A DNA stretch of 63,926 bases, the filler included, from Octopus bimaculoides (taxonomy: Eukaryota), in NCBI RefSeq assembly GCF_001194135.2. It is 4 parts of 3 records of this genome, joined end to end, with 100 filler letters (N's around TTAATTAATTAA, not from the genome) between each part and the next. Parts side by side here need not be neighbours in the genome. Positions count along the whole stretch, not along the records: positions 28,563 to 58,792 come from NC_068982.1; positions 58,893 to 62,715 come from NC_068982.1; positions 62,816 to 63,926 come from NC_068987.1; 1 more part is not named here. One strand, written 5' to 3'. The notes below the pieces were generated by a model. It was not told the origin of the DNA. It saw nothing but the letters and a program-made list of their open reading frames with translations, and made no database searches. The position numbers and the translations under genes are program-made. Positions within the stretch are counted from its first letter, which is position 1; each line of letters begins with the position of its first letter. Of this stretch, positions 53,733-63,926 are shown one piece after another.

Positions 53733-54519
53733 TTGGCATTATTGGAGTGTAGGCGTCATAATAAAATAACTCATATGGATTTAGCCAAACCATTTGGCAA
53801 TAAACTAGCTACTGCTGACGATCCCGATGTTGTGTAGGTGAAAGTAGCCTAGTCCACTTATTTAGCTTCGATATGGGGTGGTTATCTCTCCTGTAAGTAT
53901 ATGAAAATGTGCTTCTTTACAGTTCTAATGCCTTTAATCCAGTATAGTATAGGTGCTACAAAGCACCCTCAGTCACAATTAGTGACGATTAAATATTTTC
54001 TTTTTAGTTTAATATCAAGATTGTCTTGACAAACTTAATGAACGGGAACCTGAAAGTCTGAGTTACAGATTTTTGTGATGTTTTTGCAGCTTTAATAAAA
54101 ATGCGTAATACACTAACGTCGGTATTCTAATATTGTCGTTTTTCACCTGGTTTTGCATTTATGTGGTTACTCCTATGTGCACCCCCCCCACACACACACA
54201 CAAACGCACACACATACACACACACACAAAAGAACGAAAATAAAATATGTTCTAGATGTTAAACTTGCTGTTCAATTATCCAAGGAATGTGTTGTGTAGA
54301 ATTAGTAAAAAAGGTTCTTGTCTATGGTATGTAAGTTACGATTTTAATTTTATTCTTATTTTATTCTTTATACTTCCTCTCTCCCTCTCCAAAAGAACTT
54401 CTTATATTGAAGTATAATATTTCCTTCTACTTAACTTTCTCATATCGTTTTTCATGATGAGATATCTTAGATATCCTTAAAAGAGCTATAACACTGCCTT
54501 TCTCTTCCTAAAATGTCCT

Positions 54520-54733
54520 AGGAAGTGACCTGATCTGAGATCGTGTGGTGGAACGAAAACAATTCCAGCGTGGAAGGTGTTTATAAGCCATTGAAAAAAA
54601 GACACAAACACCGTTAGATTCACTTCAACATTTAAATTTAATTTGTGTCAACATATTTTCGTCGCTTTGTGACCGCGACTTGTTCACTGACAAAATTCTG
54701 TGCTGCATCAGATGGCTTATAAACACCTTCCAC
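54520..54733 (-). mobile_element. Small repeat with a variant hammerhead motif and a perfect 22-bp inverted repeat
   Basis: GTGGAAGGTGTTTATAAGCCAT (54570-54591) vs its exact reverse complement (54712-54733); hammerhead-like fold at 54640-54697. Repeat status is inferred, since there is a single copy in the window. Confidence 0.5.
54640..54697 (-). ncRNA. Minimal type-I hammerhead-like motif with G3:C8 core
   Basis: Minus strand reads AATTTTGTCA-GTGAACA-A-GTCGC-GGTCACAAA-GCGAC-GAAA-ATATG-T-TGACACAAATT. Stems I and II are in exact register. U16.1 is G in this copy. Confidence 0.55.
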
Positions 54734-55225
54734 ATCATAAATGGATTGCCATAACTTCAAGGAATCATTTGTTCTCTACCCGTTACTTTTTGGGAGACGA
54801 AATTTCCTTAAATCAATAGATACATATTAAGCATATCAGATAGTCAGATAATTGAAGGAAAAATGATGAATTAAAAATTTGATAATTATTTAATATTAAA
54901 AAATCGGTAATCATTACTTCGTACAGCCGTTTTCATTAGTGCCCAATACGTAAATTACAAATATGAGGAGTTCTTATTTTTATTCTTATAAATTGATGAA
55001 GGGTTAACAGATTAATTACAATATAATGAGTGATAGAGTTAAAGCCAAATAGATAAATAGACTAGTGAAAATTGGATACTACCAGACCCTCGGTTTCTGG
55101 ATCTGTATATAACTAGTATATGAGTTTGTATGTATGTATGTATGTATGTATGTATGTATGTATGTATGGATGGTTGGATGTATTATGTATGCTTGATTGA
55201 ATGTATGCATGTATGTATGTATGTA

Positions 55226-55261
<36 letters not shown>

Positions 55262-56064
55262 NNNNNNNNNNNNNNNNNNNNNNNNNNNNNNNNNNNNNNN
55301 NNNNNNNNNNNNNNNNNNNNNNNNNNNNNNNNNNNNNNNNNNNNNNNNNNNNNNNNNNNNNNNNNNNNNNNNNNNNNNNNNNNNNNNNNNNNNNNNNNNN
55401 NNNNNNNNNNNNNNNNNNNNNNNNNNNNNNNNNNNNNNNNNNNNNNNNNNNNNNNNNNNNNNNNNNNNNNNNNNNNNNNNNNNNNNNNNNNNNNNNNNNN
55501 NNNNNNNNNNNNNNNNNNNNNNNNNNNNNNNNNNNNNNNNNNNNNNNNNNNNNNNNNNNNNNNNNNNNNNNNNNNNNNNNNNNNNNNNNNNNNNNNNNNN
55601 NNNNNNNNNNNNNNNNNATATATATATATATATATACATACACACATATACATATGCATACGTAAATATATACATATACGTAAATACATACACACACGTA
55701 CACTCGCATGTGCAGACATAGTTGTATACATTATTGCACAGGTATACACATGCTTTCACATCAGAACATATATTTTGCGTATAGTCCCTCACTCGTATAG
55801 GCTTTATAGCTTGTCATTTAGGTTATCAGAATATGTTAAAGTATATTTCTAGATGTAAGATAATAAACGCAACAATATTGTGTATTGTAGGTTGTATAGT
55901 CGATGTTATTTAGTTACGGATAAATATATGGAAAGCAGAGAATAACATATATGGAAAGCAGTGGAAATAACAACTCGAAAGGGTTCAGAAAAAAAAAAAA
56001 CATGTAACAATAAAAAATAATAACGCCTTATATCTAGTCTGATTGCATGAACGGNNNNNNNNNN

Positions 56065-56110
<46 letters not shown>

Positions 56111-57227
56111 CACATACATATGTATGTATGTATGTACGTATGTTTGTATGTATGTATTTATACATATGTATACACAGGGGTCGGGCATTTGGAAACGCTG
56201 CCGGTTCTTTTAATGTATTTTTGGGGGGCATCTTAGTACTGCTGGCATTGCTATTTTTAGAAATTGCTTTACGCATCACTTCAGATTGCTTGTTTGTCTG
56301 TAAGATAGGTTAATACGGATAATACGATTTATGAACTGACATACTGAGTTTTTCAACTGTATAATAATATACAATATATGATATATAGCTGTAGTAGAAT
56401 TGAAGATTTGTTGCGTGCAGTGTCTTCATCCCATTTCAAATGACATGAATATTGAAAAAGTTTTATGCATTTCTTTCGCTATAGAATTTGGCTACAGAAT
56501 AACAGAAATTATACTTTTATACTTAGTATACAGGAGGTTTGCAATTTATTATAATAATGACATTACTGTTGTAGTCTGCAATGCCTTTTCTACGTTAGTC
56601 AAAATGTTTTCACAATGGAGAGCTGTCTATATTACAGCCAGGCTGTCAATTACACTAATGTAGCTTCGTGCTGTTGGTCGTTTATAAGACGGGCGATAGA
56701 AAATAGTTGACATGATAGTGTTACAGTTTGTCCTTTGACGAGGTTCTTAAAATATTTTCTCTGATTTTCACACGACTGTCGCAAAATTCCATACAGTAAG
56801 TGCCTAGTCATTTTCCACGAAATAATTAAAAATATATGTTGGTGTGCTTGTGTGTGTATGTGTGTGTGCGTGTACGTGTGTGTGTGGAATATGTACGTCC
56901 AATGAGCAAAATAATCTCACAGATCATAGATGCATAATTTGAACCTTTGTAATATGGAGTTGTAATATATGTAGAAATCAGGCACTTATACAAACCTTGC
57001 CAATACCCATTCCTTTCAATTCTCCTGTGTATCTATGTGTGCAGAATTAAATTACAGGTCATGAATGAAATCAGCATCATGGTTACGTTTACATTATTCT
57101 TTTATTTCAATGATGAAAACAGTTTTGTAATGTGAAGAGAGTTATTCTACTGTATCGTTTGACCTGTTGGACATGTTAGCAAATCTCTTTTTAATCCTCT
57201 TTATGAAACAATATTTTGAATGGGCAA

Positions 57228-57439
57228 GGCGGTGAACTGGCAGAAACGTTAGCACGCCGGGCGAAATGCATAGCGTTGTTCCGTCTACCTTTACCTTCTG
57301 AGTTCAAATTCCGCCGAGGTCGACATTGCCTTTCAGCCTTTCGGGGTCCATAGATTAAGTACCAGTTGCGTACTGGAGTTGATCGAATCGACTGTCCCCC
57401 TCTTCCAAAAGTTCGGGTCTTGTGCCTAGAGTAGAAAAG
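57228..57439 (+). mobile_element. Full-length S1 SINE with 15-bp TSD
   Basis: AATATTTTGAATGGG (57210-57224) vs AATATTTTAAATGGG (57440-57454); A-box TGGCAGAAACG and B-box GAGTTCAAATTCC. Confidence 0.93.
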
Positions 57440-57857
57440 AATATTTTAAATGGGAAGTCAAGCACGATGGACTTCAGATAGGATTGTTATGTCGATGATT
57501 CCTGTTTGGGTCTAAACTATAACAATGACACTCGTCACATTCTTCTATCAGTTGTAGAGAGGTACGTGAAGATAAACAGGTTTACCCGCGCAAGCGTTTT
57601 CAGTTTAAAAAATTTAAACTCGTTGCTCTAAAATGTCTGTCAGTTTCATTCATAACGTTCTTTCTGCACACATTCTCATACCAACGTATATTTTAGTGCT
57701 AGGAAAAGAAACTTGCGACAACACCATGTTAATACTGTGTTGAAAAGGAAAGATACATTAAATTGTATTTAAGGTGGGAACATAAAATTAAACCAACTGA
57801 TTATTTTCTTCTCAGCGTCTCATCCACAATATCATCATCATTATTGCAGAGTATGAA

Positions 57858-58036
57858 GGCGGCAGCTGGCGGAGGAATCTTTAGCACAACGCATACAATA
57901 ATCAACACTATTTCCTCCGACCTCAGGTTCTGAGTTCAAATTCCTCGGCGGTCGACTTTACTTTTCATTCTGGCGGAGCTGTAAAACTAAGCACCAGGTG
58001 AGCACTGTGGTCAAAGAAATCGACTAGTCCCCTCTC
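57858..58036 (+). mobile_element. Old diverged S1-like SINE
   Basis: GGCGGCAGCTGGC...TTCTGAGTTCAAATTCC..GGTCGACTTT. Confidence 0.7.
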
Positions 58037-58792
58037 ATTCACATCCTTTAAAGTGCACGGGAAACGGATTACGTTTCGAGTGTGCCATTATGATTCAATT
58101 GATGAGTGGCCAATAAATAACTGAGTGACCAATACAGAACTAATACGCATTTTAATTATATTGTGACAAATAAGCAACTGAAATGGTGGAAATGTGTGAA
58201 TAAAAGTTTGTTTTAGAATTAGTTTGGCACATTTGTTTTTAATTTCAGAATGTCAACTGATAATACGTCTTTTGTTACACTTGATTCAATCAGTTTTATC
58301 ATTTCCTGTTCAGTAATACTTATTGTTTGTAGTATAACAAATCAATAATCATATATGCTTTATCAGTGGTATCATGCAATTTGAATGCAGGATATTCTTC
58401 CCAAATGACCGAATAGATAATTAATTCTGTATATTACTCAATCAAGCCCTTTAATCAATTTGAACAGAAGCTTCAGCATACAGAACTATAGAATAGGGGC
58501 AAACATACAGGATTACAGAATGATGCAAGTATACATAATTATAGAATAGAGAGAATCTTGTGACATTGTATTGCATTAGCATCTAAGTAACACCACACAA
58601 AAAATTCATAGGCATTTATATGGCGGTAAAGAAAAACTTTTTGGTTTTATTCATTCTTTCAAATCCAGCTGCCTTACAACTTACACAGGGAAAAGGAAAC
58701 AAAACTCAGAAGCCTTTCTCGGTGTAACAATAATCTCACATTTCGCCACACACATATATATATAGATAATGTACATATACATATATATATAT

Positions 58793-58892
58793 NNNNNNNN
58801 NNNNNNNNNNNNNNNNNNNNNNNNNNNNNNNNNNNNTTAATTAATTAANNNNNNNNNNNNNNNNNNNNNNNNNNNNNNNNNNNNNNNNNNNN
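58793..58892. other. Synthetic 100-bp gap linker
   Basis: 44 N + TTAATTAATTAA (58837-58848) + 44 N. Confidence 0.92.
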
Positions 58893-58948
<56 letters not shown>

Positions 58949-59184
58949 CAATAAATGTTATTTGTTTGTTGCTTTTTCCCATTCTTTTTTATAAAATATA
59001 ATTATATTTGGCATGGTTGTCTTGTTAAAGAAGTTTGCTTTACATTCCCATTATTAACAGCTTGATCACTCTCTGCAGCAGCTTTTGCAGATATCTTCCT
59101 CAAATAACCTTGTGTAAACCCAAAACATACAAGTGAAGGGAACTAGGCAGAGGCTTCAAGCTTTAAAGTAACCAAAACTAAAAC

Positions 59185-59316
59185 CTTCCATTAAAATTCT
59201 ATGTTAATTTTAAAAAAAAACAAATTAATAATAACAAAGTTATTTTAGAAAATTATTCACAATTTTCAAAACAAAGACAGTTTATCTCATAGAAATATGG
59301 TAACAAAAGAGGTTAA
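59185..59316. mobile_element. Possible right end of a piggyBac-like MITE
   Basis: Ends in GGTAACAAAAGAGG+TTAA; left TIR not found. Confidence 0.35.
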
Positions 59317-59319
59317 GAC

Positions 59320-60130
59320 TTATCTTCAGTCTTCATGAAGAAAACTCTGCCAAGAATGGTCTAGAACCCAACTGCAAAAGGTGTAGGGTGGCTGTTCTGC
59401 TGAGGCAGCCAGAACCAGGAAACTGGGGAAAAGAGGCAAGAAACCATATGGATACTCTTGGACAATGTTTATTTATTCATGCTACTGTATCTGAGACAGC
59501 TGTTGTGTCAGCACTGAGAACCCAGGGTGCTGGTGAGAAATGGATGACTGGCCATAACAAATATCTTTTCATGCCAAAGGTCTTAGAGACCATTCTTGGA
59601 TGCGCCAGGCCACTGTGTCCACCTGCTCACTGCAGAACGCAGCCCTGGATTTTGGACTAATGCTTCAGTTAAGGCCCATGCCATGGATTGGAAAACACAG
59701 AATAACATCATCACCAAAGTCCGTCATCCAGTGGTACACAACAATGTGTTGGTTCAAAGGACAGCATCCCCTTCAAATGCCAGCAAGGGATATTACTCAC
59801 TACTTACGTCATGAAGAAAAGATAACATAAAGAAAATGTTCTCATCCTTTTAAAAGCTTACATAGCAGGATTTAAATATGGTCTTGTTCTTATTTCTTAT
59901 ATCAACAATGTCAAAGCAGCTTAAAGCATCTTCTTCAAGAAATGGAAATCTATCTATAAAATATCATTCTTTTTTTCCTCCCAATTGATTTTGGTTCTGC
60001 AAAACATTACTTCACACATATTTTTTTCCTCTTCCATAACTGTCTAAAGAACAGATTTTCACATCTACTTCTGCATCAAATTGATAGCATGAAAAAAAGC
60101 CACTGTATAACAAGATTTGACTTTCCTGCA
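59320..60130 (-). pseudogene. Possible decayed LINE AP-endonuclease region
   Basis: Coding-like composition. Broken frames give LLAFEGD, WMTDFG, GL..LVQNP, NGL*DL and STLGSQC*HN, in the order of the APE motifs GDFN / TD..G / L.QLV..PT / LDL / PLGSSDHN. Similarity is weak. Confidence 0.3.
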
Positions 60131-60417
60131 TAAATAATTTTTATAAAAGTTTTCAAAATAAGCACCTTGTTTTCATTATTTTTATTATTCTATTTAATTT
60201 AATTTTTTTTTTTTTAATAAAATATTGTCAGGTAAATTTAATTGAGAAAAATGTTGCACTGTTATGACAAGTATTTAAGAGAAAATGATGAATGTCTTTT
60301 AACCCAGGAATAAAAAAGAAAAAATGATGGATAGACAAGTGTTTGCTTTGTTATAAATTGCCATCATGTAATTTAAAAAATCAAAATAAAAATCTTTTTT
60401 GTCATAATATTTAGATA

Positions 60418-60750
60418 GGTGCAGGCATGGCTGTGTGGTAAGAAGCTTGCTTCCGACCCATATGGTTCAGGGTTCAGTGCCACTGAGTGGCACCTTGGTC
60501 AAGTGTCTTCTACTACAGTCTCAGGCCAACCAAAGCCTTGTGAGGAGATTTGGTAGATAGAGACTGAGGGAAGCTCATTGTATATATGTATATACATTTA
60601 TGCATGTGTGTGCGTGTCTGTTTGCTACCTCAACCACCACCACCACTACTGCTTGACAACCTGTGCTGGTGTGTTTATGACCCTGTAATTTAGCAGTTCG
60701 GCAAAAGACACTGATAGAGTAAGTACCAGACTTTAAACAAAAAATAAGCA
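60418..60750 (+). mobile_element. S2 SINE, CpG-decayed
   Basis: GGTGCAGGCATGGCTGTGTGGTAAGAAGC...GGTTCAGTGCC...GGCACCTTGGTCAAGTGTCTTCTAC. Confidence 0.9.
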
Positions 60751-62715
60751 AAAAAAAGTTACAAATTAAGAAATTGTAGTGGGGATAGGGGGAAATTTAC
60801 ATATTGAAAACATGATGTCTGGACAAAATTGTATTAACCCTGTTTATACGATGGAACAATAGATAGTTTCTGATCCTTCTTAAGAACAGAAAGCACTTTC
60901 ATGCAAATTGTACCCTCTCCCTTCACTATTAAACAAACAATAACTTCCATTACTCCATTACCTATATATCAGTTGTGCCAATACTGCCCATAAGAAAGGA
61001 GCAAATAATACAATGTGCTTGTAGGTCATAACACCTGGGCATTGGATGCATTGCTAGTATATATATATATATATATATATATATATNNNNNNNNNNNNNN
61101 NNNNNNNNNNNNNNNNNNNNNNNNNNNNNNNNNNNNNNNNNNNNNNNNNNNNNNNNNNNNNNNNNNNNNNNNNNNNNNNNNNNNNNNNNNNNNNNNNNNN
61201 NNNNNNNNNNNNNNNNNNNNNNNNNNNNNNNNNNNNNNNNNNNNNNNNNNNNNNNNNNNNNNNNNNNNNNNNNNNNNNNNNNNNNNNNNNNNNNNNNNNN
61301 NNNNNNNNNNNNNNNNNNNNNNNNNNNNNNNNNNNNNNNNNNNNNNNNNNNNNNNNNNNNNNNNNNNNNNNNNNNNNNNNNNNNNNNNNNNNNNNNNNNN
61401 NNNNNNNNNNNNNNNNNNNNNNNNNNNNNNNNNNNNNNNNNNNNNNNNNNNNNNNNNNNNNNNNNNNNNNNNNNNNNNNNNNNNNNNNNNNNNNNNNNNN
61501 NNNNNNNNNNNNNNNNNNNNNNNNNNNNNNNNNNNNNNNNNNNNNNNNNNNNNNNNNNNNNNNNNNNNNNNNNNNNNNNNNNNNNNNNNNNNNNNNNNNN
61601 NNNNNNNNNNNNNNNNNNNNNNNNNNNNNNNNNNNNNNNNNNNNNNNNNNNNNNNNNNNNNNNNNNNNNNNNNNNNNNNNNNNNNTATATATATATATAT
61701 ATATATGGACATAAAGAGTGTGGTGGTGGGGGGGAGAAAGATAGTTTCTCAATGTACATATTTTCTTTTAAAAGGAGATTAGTTAGAATTAACTGAAGTA
61801 AAAAGGGATGATTACCTTGCAAAGAATCAATAAATTCATTTGTCTAATTGATAAGATATTTATTCAGATAATTTGTGGAACTGATTTTCTTATCTTTATC
61901 CAGGAATAATTATTCTTGAGATAACCGAAATGTCTAAAGATCTGGGAGGTTCCTAGCTGATACTCAATCAAATCTATATAGTAATTCATCTGACCTCCAA
62001 ATGTTTGGCATGAATCAGAAGAAAGAATCACTGGAAAGCAATCAGATCAAGTCAGTACTTTTATTCAAAACTGTGGGGAGTCGGGGAGCAGGAGGCAGCA
62101 AGAGGAGAAGGGAGGAGTGAAGAAAAAATAGAAAATAAAGAAAATCAATAAGAAACAATCACACAATAGTAGTAGTATTAATAATAATAATAATAATAAT
62201 AATTGCAATAAAAAACAATACATTCTTCTGGTGAATTTAGCAATGAATCATTTAAACTAACAAGCCAAGAGGTCTTTAGGGGGCAAAAAAAATATATATA
62301 TATGTAAAAAAAAAAAATGTATGTAAAAAAAAAAATTCCCTTATGATTAGCAACTGATTAGTAGAAATGGGAGAATGATTCTTGATAATGAAAAGGTTTG
62401 GTGGTGGTGGTGGTGGGGGGTTGAATCATCACTTTTGGAAAGCTAAGTACATATAAATAAATAAGTACATATATCATGGTAGCCATTCAGCTGTGCAAAA
62501 TGTCATTTCCGCTATCAGAAATAACAGCAGCATATCCAATCTATACTGTATCACAATCATGCTCAACTGATTTATAAAGGCTCATATAAAGTGTATGAAA
62601 GGTCTAGGTTACTAACATTAAGACAAATGTGTTTGTATGAATGACAGTATACACACATATAATATGAGTATGTATATGTATACACACATGCATATATATA
62701 TATATATATATATAT

Positions 62716-62815
62716 NNNNNNNNNNNNNNNNNNNNNNNNNNNNNNNNNNNNNNNNNNNNTTAATTAATTAANNNNNNNNNNNNNNNNNNNNNNNNNNNNN
62801 NNNNNNNNNNNNNNN
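62716..62815. other. Synthetic 100-bp gap linker
   Basis: 44 N + TTAATTAATTAA (62760-62771) + 44 N. Confidence 0.92.
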
Positions 62816-62884
62816 AAATAGAATGATACATTGGATCATCTAGTCCACTGCCATAAAAAAAGATGATTGTATGCCCCATTGAAT

Positions 62885-63218
62885 TCATCATCATTTAACG
62901 TCCGCTTTCCATGCTAGCATGGGTTGGACGATGGCTACACCAGGCTCCAATCTGATTTGGCAGAGTTTCTACAGCTGGATGCCCTTCCTAACGCCAACCA
63001 CTCAGATAGTGTAGTGGGTACTTTTACGTGTCACCCGCACGAAGGCCAGTCAGGCGGTACTGGCAATGGCCATGCTCAAAATGATGTATTTTATGTACCA
63101 CCCGCACAAGAGCCAGTCCAAGGGCACTGGCAATGATCTCGCTTGAAAGTCCTTACACATGCCACAGGCACGAATGCCAGAAAGGCACAGCTGGGCACAG
63201 GTGCCATCATGATTTCGT
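62885..63218 (-). mobile_element. S6 SINE
   Basis: Homologous to 16810-17145, with a short deletion near the tail. Confidence 0.85.
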
Positions 63219-63480
63219 TTATTATTCTTTATTATTCTTTAATTTGTTATGCCTCCTCTCCACCACCATTACTACCACAAGTAATTACTCTATATAACAT
63301 CAAGGACACTTAGCAAGGAGTACACTGGGTTATGGGATTTCGGTGGTAGAAACGATTCAATATCACATGTTTCTAACTTTGAATCCCATTGGAATCGACT
63401 TTACCATTCTTCTACCCAAGGCAAGTACTAGAGATGGTTTAATATGATAATGAAACTGCTTCTGCGAAAACATTTATGTA

Positions 63481-63875
63481 CCAGGCATGGTTGTGTGGTT
63501 AAGAAGCTCACTTTGCAACCATATGGTTTTGGGTTCAGTTTTGGGTTCAGTCCCACTGCAAGACACCTTGGGCAAGTGTGTTCTACAATGGCCCAAGAGT
63601 GACCAATGCTTTGTGAGTGAATCTCATAGACAGGAAGTGTGTGAAAGCCCATTGTGTAACTGTATGTGTATGTCTGTCTGTTTGTCCCACTCCCACTACC
63701 AGACAACTGGTGTTCATTTGTTTACATTCCCATAACTTAGCAGTTGGGCAAAAGAGACCAATAGAATAAGTACCAAAGTTAAAAGTTTAAAAAAAGGATC
63801 AGGATCAATTGTTCAACTCAATCCTTCATGGCAGTGCTCCTGTATGGCTGCAGTCCAATGTCTTGAACAAGTGAG

Positions 63876-63878
<3 letters not shown>
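63481..63878 (+). mobile_element. Diverged S2-related SINE, CpG-decayed
   Basis: GGGTTCAGTCCCACTGC..CACCTTGGGCAAGTG and GCAAAAGAGACCAATAGAATAAGTACC; small tandem duplication of TTTTGGGTTCAG in the B-box region. Confidence 0.85.

Positions 63879-63926
<48 letters not shown>

Noticed and set aside
55887-55900. 14-nt match to the 3' part of let-7 (GTAGGTTGTATAGT)
   Set aside because: The seed is absent and there is no precursor hairpin.
60221-60236. Resemblance to miR-8/miR-200 (AATATTGTCAGGTAAA)
   Set aside because: Seed mismatch, poly-T context and no hairpin.

Overview
AT-rich, gap-riddled, non-coding eukaryotic DNA. The repeat landscape (dense (TA)n/(CA)n/(ATC)n microsatellites and several tRNA-headed SINE families) looks like an octopus genome; that assignment is inference from recalled repeat families, not a database result. 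No intact protein-coding gene, rRNA, true tRNA or CRISPR array can be supported. Almost all listed ORFs are artefacts of microsatellites, N-gaps or SINEs. What is supportable: about 25 SINE copies or fragments from about 6 families (my labels S1-S6), four Tc1/mariner relics, an R4/Dong-like LINE relic in a (TAA)n tract, weaker RTE-like and AP-endonuclease LINE relics, a TIR element carrying (CCCTAA)n, and three 100-bp synthetic gap linkers. The most interesting signal is a set of minimal type-I hammerhead ribozyme motifs of the Penelope-like-element (PLE) kind in different small repeats. One is a complete fold at the 3' end of a tRNA-headed SINE (22774-22819). Another carries a swapped G3:C8 catalytic-core pair (54640-54697, minus strand). 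All alignments and folds were done by eye, so boundaries are approximate unless a TSD or TIR is quoted.
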